A stretch of DNA of 64,000 nucleotides, from positions 5,565 through 69,564 of the forward strand of contig JAZTYU010000025.1 of the NCBI GenBank assembly GCA_045637165.1. The letters are read 5' to 3'. The position numbers and the translations under genes were made by a program. The DNA comes from Candidatus Enterousia sp. (GTDB lineage: Bacteria > Pseudomonadota > Alphaproteobacteria > Rs-D84). Of the stretch, positions 45,799 through 55,301 are shown in pieces (position 1 is the first letter of the stretch; each line of letters begins with the position of its first letter). The notes under the pieces are model-generated. The model saw only the letters and a program-made list of their open reading frames with translations, searched no databases and was not told the DNA's origin.

Positions 45799-47093
45799 TG
45801 AAGTGGATAAAAAAAATCTTTGGTGGGATTATTATTGCAATTACTGCAATAACATTGGCAGCACCTGCATTTTGTGCAGCCAGCAATATGCCTATGCCTG
45901 ATATTGGCGATAATGGGACGTGGGCAACAGATAACAACAAAGAATTATTTGTTGGCGAATTGACCAATGATATCAATCAATTTCAGGGCGAATTCCAGAA
46001 AAAAGTCGTTAAAGACTATGTTCCAATAGAGGCTAAAATTGGTCTGACATTTATGAATGCTTTGTCTTTTGTAAGCGATGTTCTGGATTCGTCCTTGGTT
46101 CGATTTGTTGTGCTGTTTATGTTTATTGCTTTTATGTTCTGGGTAATGTTCGAAACTTACAATATGATGCAGGGTGGCAAAGGCAACACAATGGATCTGA
46201 TTAAAAACATCGTAAAAAAAGGAACGATGATTGCAATTTGGGTCGTTGTTTTGCGTTTTGGACCAGCACAGATTTTCATGTGGATAATGGGTCCAATTGT
46301 CAGCGTTGGGACATATCTGGCAGACTTTATATTAGATGCAGTGGCCGCCAGTGCGGGGGCAGAACTGCCCAATACATGTGCAGCAATTCGTGAATATACG
46401 GCTGCTAATATTTCTGCAAATAACATAATTGATGCAAATGCCGCCGCAGATATGATGTGCCTGCCAACAAGACTGTCAGGTTTTTGCTATACAGCGATTG
46501 CAGCAGGTTTCAAGTGGATGCTGGCTGGAATTGGACGCAGTGCATTTACTTTTATTGGCGGCCTGTTATTTGTTGTGATGTTCATTATGATTGCATGGAA
46601 ATTTATGTTTATGGCACTGGGGGTTATCGCAGACTTGTTCCTGGGGGTTATGATGTTGCCTTTTACCGCAATCAAGGAAACAATTGGCAGCACTTCATAC
46701 AAGGGTATGGCCGGAAATATCTTTAACAGTTTCTTGAAAATATTCAGCACAGAATCACTGGACGACCAGATAAAACGATTTGTTCAGGCGGCAATATATT
46801 TTGTTTCACTGTCAATCATAGTGGCTTTTTGTGCGGCAATGCTGTCAGGGGTTGTTGATGCAGATATTGCGTCCAGAATCCCAACACTGGAAAACGATGG
46901 GTTCTGGGTAACCGTTTTAGTTGGGGCGTTAACCTGGTGGTTTGCAAATCAGGCAATGGATTTGGCAAAAAAACTGGGGGGCAGTATAACAACATCTGTT
47001 GGCGACCAAATGCGTGGCGATATTAAAAAGATGTGGGATAATACCACTGGCACAGCGAAAAAATGGTGGAAGATTATCAAAGATGGCAAATAA
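45798..47093 (+). CDS. VirB6/TrbL-like polytopic membrane protein, paralog 5 of 5
   Basis: 431 aa. Signal peptide, MGPIVSVGTYL motif, loop Cys pair (NTCAAIRE...MMCLPTRLSGFC), tail KKMWDNTTGTAKKWWKIIKDGK. The start overlaps the previous stop (TAATG). Confidence 0.55.
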   Translation: MKWIKKIFGGIIIAITAITLAAPAFCAASNMPMPDIGDNGTWATDNNKELFVGELTNDINQFQGEFQKKVVKDYVPIEAKIGLTFMNALSFVSDVLDSSLVRFVVLFMFIAFMFWVMFETYNMMQGGKGNTMDLIKNIVKKGTMIAIWVVVLRFGPAQIFMWIMGPIVSVGTYLADFILDAVAASAGAELPNTCAAIREYTAANISANNIIDANAAADMMCLPTRLSGFCYTAIAAGFKWMLAGIGRSAFTFIGGLLFVVMFIMIAWKFMFMALGVIADLFLGVMMLPFTAIKETIGSTSYKGMAGNIFNSFLKIFSTESLDDQIKRFVQAAIYFVSLSIIVAFCAAMLSGVVDADIASRIPTLENDGFWVTVLVGALTWWFANQAMDLAKKLGGSITTSVGDQMRGDIKKMWDNTTGTAKKWWKIIKDGK

Positions 47094-47095
47094 AA

Positions 47096-47121
47096 ATAAA
47101 ATCAGGTCAAAAGACCTGATT
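47096..47121. terminator. Bidirectional hairpin terminator
   Basis: ATCAGGTC-aaaa-GACCTGAT flanked by A/T runs, between the array and fabZ. Confidence 0.7.
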
Positions 47122-47577
47122 TTATTTTTGTAATTTTTCTAATGCGTCTTTTTGCAAAACTGCTGTAAAGGTTGCTTCGGCCACCTTTTTACCGCCAACC
47201 ATTGCAATGCCGTGGAACTTATACAGACTTAGTTTTGTAAGCAATAACTCAACATGCAATTCCAGTTTATCGCCAGGACGGACCATATGCGAAAACTTTA
47301 TTTTTTCCATTGTAGTAAAATAACCCAATGTGGTTTTGCGTTCTTCGTCAGATAACCGTGAAAACGCAACAAAGCACGCTGTTTGTGCCAATGCTTCGAC
47401 CTGAAGAACACCTGGCATAATCGGATTGTCTGGAAAATGACCAGCACACCAAAATTCGTCATCACGGACGTATTTTACACCAACGGCACTGGTATCATTA
47501 TATTCACGAACTTCGTCAATTAAACGCATATTACCACGATGTGGTATCACATGTTCTATTTCTTGTGCGTCAATCAT
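47122..47577 (-). CDS. fabZ: 3-hydroxyacyl-ACP dehydratase FabZ
   Basis: 151 aa. IPHRGNMRLID...GHFPDNPIMPGVLQVEALAQ motif. Confidence 0.95.
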   Translation of the reverse strand: MIDAQEIEHVIPHRGNMRLIDEVREYNDTSAVGVKYVRDDEFWCAGHFPDNPIMPGVLQVEALAQTACFVAFSRLSDEERKTTLGYFTTMEKIKFSHMVRPGDKLELHVELLLTKLSLYKFHGIAMVGGKKVAEATFTAVLQKDALEKLQK

Positions 47578-47606
47578 TATATCCCTTCCTTGTTTATATT
47601 ACAATT

Positions 47607-48650
47607 TTAGTTTTTTACTTGCTTTCTTAGCCAGGCATAATGACGCATAAATTCGGTCCCAGGTCCCGCAGGATAGCCCATATGTGATTCGCCATCTGGG
47701 ATATTACGGAAAACGCCACTGTTTGCACCAACAGATGCATCATTACCAATATGCACCCCATTTGCGACGCCAACGTGGCCACCCAACAACGCACGGTCAC
47801 CAACAACAACACCACCCGCCAGGCCAACGCCACTGGCCAAGAAACATTCTTGGCCGATTACAACACCATGTGCAATCTGGCATAAATTGTCAATTTTCGT
47901 TCCATCACCAACCCGGGTATCTGTCATCGCACCACGGTCAATGCAGGTATTCGCCCCCACAGAAACACGTTCGCCCAAGACGACACGACCAACATGTGGA
48001 ATAAATATATTGCGACCATTTTGACGGGTATATCCAAAACCGTCCTTGCCGATAACCGCCCCAGAATTTATAACGCACCCTGCCCCAATTGTGGCATTTT
48101 CAATATGTGCCCCAGATTGAACAATCGTATCACGACCAATCACAACATTGCGACCAATATAAGCATACGGGTAAATTTTTGCCCCTGGTTCAATCACCGC
48201 ACCACGTTCAATGGTTGCAAACTGACCAACATAGGTTGTGCGTTTCTTGCGAAAAAACACACCACGTTCGATATGGGCGTTCTTGCTGATGCCAAAGCGT
48301 GGTTTTTCACGATAGATTTCACCCAAAATCTTGACAATGTTGCCACGTGGAGTGTCTGTTATCAGCAGCGTCGCACCAGATGGAGCGTGTTGGGCCATTT
48401 CAGGCTGAACCAATATCACCGTGGCACGAGTGTTTTCCAAAACAGATATTGGCAATATCTTGAATGCATTGCTGTTCTGTTCAGTTGAATAAAATGCCAA
48501 CTGGCCAGGCTTGGCATCTGCAATTGGTGCAACCGAACGCACAGGGGCATTTGCATCGCCACGTAATTCCAGACCAAATTTGGCCGCCAATGCACCGGCT
48601 GTGGTTTTGTTTGCCGCCGGGCCGAACAAATTCTTTATAAAGTTCATCAT
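47607..48650 (-). CDS. lpxD: UDP-3-O-acylglucosamine N-acyltransferase LpxD
   Basis: Hexapeptide-repeat left-handed beta-helix preceded by the LpxD N-domain (..VRSVAPIADAKPGQLAFY..). I start at the MMNFIKN methionine, about 48650 (+/-1 nt). The 57 upstream codons of the track ORF begin at a TTG and cover the nusA promoter region. Confidence 0.9.
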   Translation of the reverse strand: MMNFIKNLFGPAANKTTAGALAAKFGLELRGDANAPVRSVAPIADAKPGQLAFYSTEQNSNAFKILPISVLENTRATVILVQPEMAQHAPSGATLLITDTPRGNIVKILGEIYREKPRFGISKNAHIERGVFFRKKRTTYVGQFATIERGAVIEPGAKIYPYAYIGRNVVIGRDTIVQSGAHIENATIGAGCVINSGAVIGKDGFGYTRQNGRNIFIPHVGRVVLGERVSVGANTCIDRGAMTDTRVGDGTKIDNLCQIAHGVVIGQECFLASGVGLAGGVVVGDRALLGGHVGVANGVHIGNDASVGANSGVFRNIPDGESHMGYPAGPGTEFMRHYAWLRKQVKN

Positions 48651-48713
48651 AGTGTGCCGATTATAATTAAATTTTTTCACGTCCGCCACAAATTTATAAT
48701 TTATTGTTTTTTC

Positions 48714-48741
48714 CTTGCGTTTTGACGATTCGTCTTTATAA
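48714..48741 (+). promoter_or_regulatory. Candidate sigma70 promoter of nusA-infB
   Basis: TTGCGT, 16-nt spacer, TATAAT (coordinates +/-1 nt). Confidence 0.4.
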
Positions 48742-48768
48742 TATACAGTGTTCTTAAATAGTTTTTTA

Positions 48769-48796
48769 GGAGCGGGGTCAGAAAACCCCGCTCTTT
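48769..48796 (+). promoter_or_regulatory. GC-rich hairpin in the nusA 5' leader (possible attenuator)
   Basis: GAGCGGGG(T)-loop-(A)CCCCGCTC followed by TTT, about 40 nt upstream of the nusA ATG. Confidence 0.45.
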
Positions 48797-48834
48797 CAAT
48801 AAGACATAGGTAATAAACCAAAAGGAGAATATAG

Positions 48835-50445
48835 ATGTCTTTTGCATCAATGCCACGTCAAGACTTGTTGTTGGCTATCGAATCTTTGGCACGGGAAAAA
48901 CAGATTGACCGTGACATCGTGTTTGAATCGCTGGAATCTGCAATCGCAAAAATTGCAAAACATAAATATGGCGAAGAATTTAATATCACTGCATCTATTG
49001 ACCGTAAAAACGGAACAATTCATGTAAAACGCTTGTTCGATGTTATCGAATCCGCAGACGCAATGGGCGAAGAATATAATCCAAACACTATGCTGACAGT
49101 CGCACAGGCTAAAAAATATGCCGATAAACCACAAGTGGGCGACGTTGTAGAAGACGCACTGCCAGAACCTGAATTTGGTCGTATGGCGTTCCAGACTGCA
49201 AAACAGATTATGACTGCACGTGTTCGTGATGCAGCCAAAGAACGTGAATACGAAGAATACAAAGATAAAATTGGCGAAATCTTGAATGTAAAGGTTATCC
49301 GTTCAGAATTCGGTAATGTTATCGTTGGTATTGACGAAGACCCAGCAAATCGTGGCAAATTCCGTGCAGAAGGATATTTGAAAAACAGCGAAATTATCCC
49401 TGCCGAAGTCAATGAATTGCTGAATCCAAAACCAGTTGATAAAAACGATAAAACAAGACGTGCAAAAGACAATACTATTCGGGTGTTGGTATTGGATGTT
49501 GTCCGTTCTAATACAGGACCACAAATCTTCTTGACCAGAACACATCCAATGTTTATGGAAAAACTGTTCGCACAGGAAGTGCCAGAAATCTATGAAGGAT
49601 TGATTAAAATCAAATCTGTGGCACGTGCCCCAGGTTCACACGCAAAAATCGCAGTTGAAACAACAGACCCATCATTGGACGCAGTTGGTATGACAGTCGG
49701 CATGAAAGGAACACGTATCCAAGAAGTTATCGATGAATGTCATGGCGAAAAAATTGACGTTATCCCTTATTCCGAAGACCCAGCAGCATATATCGTTAAT
49801 GCAATGCACCCTGCCAAGGTTGCAAAAATCATCGTTGACGAAGATACACGCCGTGCAGTCGTCGTTGTAAATGATGACCAACAGTCTTTGGCAATCGGTC
49901 GCCGTGGTCAAAACGTTCGTTTGGCATCACAATTGACAGGCTGGAATATCGATGTTATGAACGAAGCCGAAGAACAAGAAAAACGTGCAAAAGAATTCAA
50001 AGAAAAAACAGAACTGTTTATCAGTGGTCTGGACGTTGATGAAATGATTGCACAGTTGTTGATTACAGAAGGTTTCCGCACTATCGAAGAAATCGCATAT
50101 GTCGATGCACCTGAACTGGAAGAAATCGAAGGATTCAACCCAGAACTGGCAGCAGAATTGCAAAAGCGTGCAAAAGATTATTTGGCCAAGGTCGAACAGG
50201 ACTATCTGGACCAGGGACATAATTTAGGTATGAGCGATGATTTGTTGAAATTCGATTTCATCAAACGTCCAACAATTATGAAACTGGGTAATGCTGGCAT
50301 CAAATCACTGGAAGATTTGGCAGACCTGGCAACTGATGAATTAGTTGAAATCTTGGGCGAAGATACAATGTCTAATCGTTTGGCGTCTCGTGTTATTATG
50401 AAGGCACGTGAAATCGCATACGATATCAAACAGGATAATGAATAA
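48835..50445 (+). CDS. nusA: Transcription termination/antitermination factor NusA
   Basis: 536 aa. N-domain, S1, KH1/KH2 (..GMKGTRIQEVI.. / ..AIGRRGQNVRLASQLTGWNIDV..) and two C-terminal HhH acidic repeats. Confidence 0.97.
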   Translation: MSFASMPRQDLLLAIESLAREKQIDRDIVFESLESAIAKIAKHKYGEEFNITASIDRKNGTIHVKRLFDVIESADAMGEEYNPNTMLTVAQAKKYADKPQVGDVVEDALPEPEFGRMAFQTAKQIMTARVRDAAKEREYEEYKDKIGEILNVKVIRSEFGNVIVGIDEDPANRGKFRAEGYLKNSEIIPAEVNELLNPKPVDKNDKTRRAKDNTIRVLVLDVVRSNTGPQIFLTRTHPMFMEKLFAQEVPEIYEGLIKIKSVARAPGSHAKIAVETTDPSLDAVGMTVGMKGTRIQEVIDECHGEKIDVIPYSEDPAAYIVNAMHPAKVAKIIVDEDTRRAVVVVNDDQQSLAIGRRGQNVRLASQLTGWNIDVMNEAEEQEKRAKEFKEKTELFISGLDVDEMIAQLLITEGFRTIEEIAYVDAPELEEIEGFNPELAAELQKRAKDYLAKVEQDYLDQGHNLGMSDDLLKFDFIKRPTIMKLGNAGIKSLEDLADLATDELVEILGEDTMSNRLASRVIMKAREIAYDIKQDNE

Positions 50446-50469
50446 TAATTAAAACGGAGTCGGTATAAT

Positions 50470-52884
50470 ATGGCAACATTGACACTTGGAAAATCTGTGA
50501 CAACTGATGCAGTTCGCAATAAAAAAGGCGAATCTGTCTTTGTCGAACGTCGTCGGCGTGTTGTTGCACCAAACAGCAAAGAACTGCGTGATGAACCAGC
50601 CGCACCAGCACCACAGCATAATGCTGCTGATGAAAAACTAAGAGCCGTGCTGGCCGCAGCCAAGGCACGTGAAGAAGAACGTAAAAAACGTGAAGCCGAA
50701 GAAGAAGCCGCACGCAAAGCACGTGAGGCTGAAATCGAACGTGAAACACGTGAATACGAACGGGTAAAAACACAGCTGGCAGAACGTGAAAATGTCAATG
50801 TTGCCGAGAAGACCGAGGCCACTGTCGAAGAAAAACCTGTCGTAAAAAATCCAAAGCCTGTGCAACAGCCAAAGGTATTTACAAATAATGCCACGCCAAA
50901 CACAGGTAAAAAGAACCGCAATTCGGACGACGACGAAGGACGGACTAACAAATTTAACAATTCTAAAAAAGATTTCAAAAAGTCTGGAAAAATTCACCTA
51001 AACGACATTGTTATGGGTGGTGGTGATGACGATGATGAAATCGGCCTGCGTGGTGCAAATCGTCGTCGCAGCGAAGCATCGTTAAAACGATTCCGTGAAA
51101 AAGCACGGGCCGTATTTTCTGCCCCACAAAAAGTCGAACATGTTGTCTCGCTAGGGGATACGATTACTGTCAAAGACCTGGCAGCGGCAATGGCAGAAAA
51201 AGTTGGTAACGTTATCAAAAAACTGATGGAAATGGGAATGATGGTTTCTGTAAATCAGTCTATTGATGCAGATACTGCTGAACTGATTGCAACCGAATTT
51301 GGTGCAACGGTTAAACGTGTTGAAATGAAACCATACGCTGACATTCTGGAACGTGAACCAAACCCTGAAAAGTTGGCACCACGTGCACCTGTTGTTACAG
51401 TTGTGGGGCACGTTGACCATGGTAAAACATCGTTGCTGGACGCATTTAGAAACGCAAATGTTGCCGCAGGCGAGGCTGGCGGTATTACACAGCACGTTTC
51501 TTCGTATGAAGTTAAAACAAAGTCTGGAGAAATGATTACTTTCCTGGATACACCAGGGCATGAAACATTTACAGCAATGCGTGCACGTGGTGCACAGATG
51601 GCAGATATCGTTGTTTTGGTTGTGGCGGCAAATGATTCTATTATGCCACAGACAATCGAAGCGATAAATCATATTCGTGCAGCAAATGTGCCTTTTATCG
51701 TTGCTATCAATAAAATTGACTTGCCCGAAGCAAACCCAATGCGTGTAAAAACAGACCTGTTGCAACAGGAAGTTCAGGTCGAAGAAATGGGTGGCGACGT
51801 GCAATGCGTTGAAATTTCTGCGACAAAAAAAATCGGTCTGGACAAACTGGAAGAAGCCATTTTGTTACAGGCAGAAATGATGGAATTAAAAGCAGACCCA
51901 GAAATGCCAGCAGTCGCATACGTGGTAGAGGCAAAACAAGAAAAAGGTTTGGGTGCAGTTGCAACAATCTTGATGCGTCAGGGAACACTGAAAATTGGCG
52001 ACGTGTTTGTTGTTGGCGAAACATTTGGTCGTGTTCGTGGTTTGATAAATTCGGCAGGTGAACGTGTAAAATCTGTTAAACCTGGTCAGCCAGCCGTTGT
52101 GTTGGGGTTAAACACTGTGCCAGGGGCTGGGGATGAATTGCGTGTTATGGAAACAGAAGCACAAACCCGTGAAGTCGCAGAATATCGCATCCAAAAGGCC
52201 AAGGACAAGGCAAATGCTGTTAAACGTTCAAGTCTGGAAGAGTTGTTTGCAAAACGTGATGAATCAAAAAAACTGATTTTGCCAATTATTTTGCGTGCAG
52301 ACGTTCAAGGTTCTGTTGAGGCTATTTCAGATATGGTCAAAGACATCAATACTGATAAGGTTGGCGTTGAAATATTGTCATCAGGTGTTGGTCAGATTAC
52401 CGAAGGCGATATCCGTTTGGCAACAGCATCAGGTGCGGTCATTATTGCATTTAACGTCCGTGCAGATTCAACAGTCCGTGATATGGCACGTGGCAACGGT
52501 GTTGACATCAGATATCACAGCGTCGTTTATCGCATTACAGATGAAATCAAAGAAATCTTGTCTGGTAAATTAGCACCTGAAAAACGTGAAACATTTATCG
52601 GATACGCCGATGTTATCGCACTGTTCACAGTTGGCAAGGGTGTTCGTGTTGCAGGATGTCGCATGACCGAAGGTGTAATCAAAAAAGATGCCTTTGTTCG
52701 ACTGCTGCGAAACAACGTTGTTATTTATGACGGGAAAATCGGACAACTGCGTCGTGAAAAGAACGAAGTCAAAGAAGTTTCAGGCGGTGTTGAATTCGGT
52801 ATGTCTTTTGATAAATACAATGACTTAAAAGAAGGCGACCGTGTTGAATGCTATGAAGTAGAAGAAGTTCGTGCACAGTTGTAA
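50470..52884 (+). CDS. infB: Translation initiation factor IF-2
   Basis: 804 aa. K/E/R-rich N-region, and a G domain ([29 protein letters not shown]). Confidence 0.97.
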   Translation: MATLTLGKSVTTDAVRNKKGESVFVERRRRVVAPNSKELRDEPAAPAPQHNAADEKLRAVLAAAKAREEERKKREAEEEAARKAREAEIERETREYERVKTQLAERENVNVAEKTEATVEEKPVVKNPKPVQQPKVFTNNATPNTGKKNRNSDDDEGRTNKFNNSKKDFKKSGKIHLNDIVMGGGDDDDEIGLRGANRRRSEASLKRFREKARAVFSAPQKVEHVVSLGDTITVKDLAAAMAEKVGNVIKKLMEMGMMVSVNQSIDADTAELIATEFGATVKRVEMKPYADILEREPNPEKLAPRAPVVTVVGHVDHGKTSLLDAFRNANVAAGEAGGITQHVSSYEVKTKSGEMITFLDTPGHETFTAMRARGAQMADIVVLVVAANDSIMPQTIEAINHIRAANVPFIVAINKIDLPEANPMRVKTDLLQQEVQVEEMGGDVQCVEISATKKIGLDKLEEAILLQAEMMELKADPEMPAVAYVVEAKQEKGLGAVATILMRQGTLKIGDVFVVGETFGRVRGLINSAGERVKSVKPGQPAVVLGLNTVPGAGDELRVMETEAQTREVAEYRIQKAKDKANAVKRSSLEELFAKRDESKKLILPIILRADVQGSVEAISDMVKDINTDKVGVEILSSGVGQITEGDIRLATASGAVIIAFNVRADSTVRDMARGNGVDIRYHSVVYRITDEIKEILSGKLAPEKRETFIGYADVIALFTVGKGVRVAGCRMTEGVIKKDAFVRLLRNNVVIYDGKIGQLRREKNEVKEVSGGVEFGMSFDKYNDLKEGDRVECYEVEEVRAQL

Positions 52885-52912
52885 AAAACATCCCCCATCT
52901 GGGGGATTTTTC
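52885..52912 (+). terminator. Rho-independent terminator after infB
   Basis: ATCCCCC-atct-GGGGGATTTTT. Confidence 0.75.
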
Positions 52913-52916
52913 TTAT

Positions 52917-52947
52917 AAAAACACAGCGTAAAATACGCTGTTTTTTT
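52917..52947. terminator. Second, bidirectional hairpin terminator
   Basis: ACAGCGTA-aaa-TACGCTGT followed by T7. It serves the convergent Cys-rich gene as well. Confidence 0.65.
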
Positions 52948-55222
52948 ATATCATACCAGTCCCTGTTCCATATACACATTTACTGTTTTTCATGTAATAA
53001 TTATCTTCACACACACATGAACCGTAAGTATTACGTATCGCATTATTACCACAATGTGCCACACAGGAATTACCCCATGGCTCATAACCGTTTTTACACA
53101 TACAATGTGCATTTACATAGAAGCCAACTGAATTTCCACTGCCATTTGCTATTTTGTCTGGTTCGGCCGCTGTTGATTGATAAATGGAATTTTCTGGGCA
53201 CAACAATGACTGATAGAACATTTCAGATACGCCTTCTAGGTATTGTTCATCTGTTGGCTCAGTCACAACTGAGCATTCTGTTTTTCCTGAGTTATCAATA
53301 CAAATCTCTATTTCACTGTTATAAAATATGGCGTATGCACAGGTCAACGCAACATTGCGGCATGCACCACGCATTACGTTATAAATGCTTTTGATGCTGG
53401 CAGATGAAGACCAGGAATTTAATTGCGATACCTGTTGATTATAGCAGGATGCAATATCAAGCATACAACTGGACGCATAATCAGAAATTATATTCTGTTG
53501 TGCTGAATTGATGTTTACCATCGCACGTTGAACATAATTTATAACAACATCATTGTATGGTTTATATTTTCCATTATCATCATAGGTATAACGCTGACAT
53601 TTATCCAAAACGGCACGGCACAGGCCTTCTTCGGTAACGGACTGTTTGGTTCCGATTTTTTGCAACAGATATTTAGCAACGCACGAACCATCGTTCGAAC
53701 CTTCTGCCTTGCAGTCGGTATCGGATATTTTCTGAGATGAATATGCATCTGTTAAAAATGTCGTGTCAATCGTAGCATTATTATACGATTTCATAAATTC
53801 GGTGATATCTGATATCTTTTGCCCCAGAACAACATTACCGTTTTCATCGATATAACGTTTGGTTGGGTCAACGCATTTGAAATAATCGTCGCCACAAACC
53901 ATGTCGTCTTTCATACATGTTTCCAGTGCAGCGATACAGCCCTTGGCATCATATTGATTTTTATTCTGCAATACCGCCAGACGTGCCTTTTGCAACATAC
54001 GGTTTGCACTGCGAACATTGGAAACCAGCGTTTCGTTCATCTTGGTCAAACCCTGTTCATAGGCAATACAATCCTTGTCAATTGCCAGGTCGTAATTTCC
54101 GGTAATCTGACTAACCGTTGCACCGGCCCCCTTGCACTGATTCAAAACAGTTGTGCAACGTTTTTTTGCAGCACTGTAAAGGTCAGAACCACGCAGATTT
54201 GAAAAACTGCTGGCACTGTCAGTATTCAGGAAATCCAAACTAAATAAATCTGCTGTTTCTGATGAAAAATCCAAATCCATATCAAATGTTGAAAATGTAT
54301 CAGACGAATACGACGAATTAGACACAGGGTCACGAATTAAATCTTCGATTTCTTGTAATAAATTACGGTTTTCAGATGTATCAACGGTGCCGCTTAGGGC
54401 TTCTTCGGCCTCAGTCTCGGTCATGATGGCACGAATTTCGTCTGCGGACAAACCAACATAGCGGATACGTTGGGCAACCTCGTTCAATTGGTTATTGGCA
54501 TCCTTGACAGCCTCTTCTACCTTGGTATAACGGGATAGATTCGATGAACATGAACAACGTCCCTGATTGGCATCGATTACGGCACAGAACTGGTCCATGC
54601 ATTCATTATACTGTTGCTGACAAGATTTATTTAACGTTGCTGTTTGTTCCAAGCGTTCGGTTGCCTGGGCAATTGTTTCACGATTTTTCTCAGCAGCGGC
54701 ACGTGATTGAATAGAACGCACAACCTCGTCAATATTGGAACCAGTCTGTTGGCCTGTATCACCAATTGTGGCACGACCGCCAACCTCGGCCGTTGAAGGA
54801 CGCAGGGTCAGTCCAGCCCGACGAACCACGGGATTGCTGTTGATACTGGCCGATGATACACGCTTATTACGGCCAACCGTATTGACCGCCGTGCTAAGAT
54901 TACTGCGGGCAACATCTTCGCCGTCAGACGATGATGTTAACGCACGGGATATGATTGTTGCACGTGCAGGGTCCACAGGCGTGTCTGTTTTTTTCTTGTC
55001 CGTGGTTGCCCCGGTAAAAACACGTGATACTGTATTTTGCACATCAGGCACCTGGCCAGTTGGACGGGTTGCAACACGGGAAACCGTTCCACGTTCGGTT
55101 GCGGAACTGGAATTTTCAGTCTTTTTCGCCGTAGGAATTGCACGAGAAATAGCCCCGTCAGCCGCAAAGGCCGTGGGTGCTGCGATTATTAGTGCAAAAA
55201 TACACGTTAACAGTCTTGTCAT
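52946..55222 (-). CDS. Large secreted cysteine-rich protein (758 aa), unknown function
   Basis: Signal peptide (IFALIIAAPTAFA). About 190 aa of S/T/R-rich low complexity with repeated VSR-like motifs. An acidic F/D/S segment. About 30 Cys in paired spacings through the C-terminal ~560 aa, ending in an EGF-like cluster (CMCKNGYEPWGNSCVAHCG...CVCEDNYYMKNSKC). Confidence 0.7.
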   Translation of the reverse strand: MTRLLTCIFALIIAAPTAFAADGAISRAIPTAKKTENSSSATERGTVSRVATRPTGQVPDVQNTVSRVFTGATTDKKKTDTPVDPARATIISRALTSSSDGEDVARSNLSTAVNTVGRNKRVSSASINSNPVVRRAGLTLRPSTAEVGGRATIGDTGQQTGSNIDEVVRSIQSRAAAEKNRETIAQATERLEQTATLNKSCQQQYNECMDQFCAVIDANQGRCSCSSNLSRYTKVEEAVKDANNQLNEVAQRIRYVGLSADEIRAIMTETEAEEALSGTVDTSENRNLLQEIEDLIRDPVSNSSYSSDTFSTFDMDLDFSSETADLFSLDFLNTDSASSFSNLRGSDLYSAAKKRCTTVLNQCKGAGATVSQITGNYDLAIDKDCIAYEQGLTKMNETLVSNVRSANRMLQKARLAVLQNKNQYDAKGCIAALETCMKDDMVCGDDYFKCVDPTKRYIDENGNVVLGQKISDITEFMKSYNNATIDTTFLTDAYSSQKISDTDCKAEGSNDGSCVAKYLLQKIGTKQSVTEEGLCRAVLDKCQRYTYDDNGKYKPYNDVVINYVQRAMVNINSAQQNIISDYASSCMLDIASCYNQQVSQLNSWSSSASIKSIYNVMRGACRNVALTCAYAIFYNSEIEICIDNSGKTECSVVTEPTDEQYLEGVSEMFYQSLLCPENSIYQSTAAEPDKIANGSGNSVGFYVNAHCMCKNGYEPWGNSCVAHCGNNAIRNTYGSCVCEDNYYMKNSKCVYGTGTGMI

Positions 55223-55273
55223 TCTCTTGGTGGTAATTATATCACATTTTTTTAACTGTGTTAACAGTCTTTT

Positions 55274-55301
55274 GAAAAAAAATCCGCCATTTGGCGGATT
55301 A
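55274..55301 (-). terminator. Hairpin terminator
   Basis: AATCCGCC-attt-GGCGGATT with an A8 run. Confidence 0.7.

Noticed and set aside
50202-50978. 258-aa minus-strand ORF rich in Ser/Ala/Arg spanning the nusA-infB junction
   Set aside because: It is antisense to two unambiguous essential genes. Its low-complexity composition mirrors the K/E/A-rich infB N-terminus read backwards, and it has no SD or promoter.
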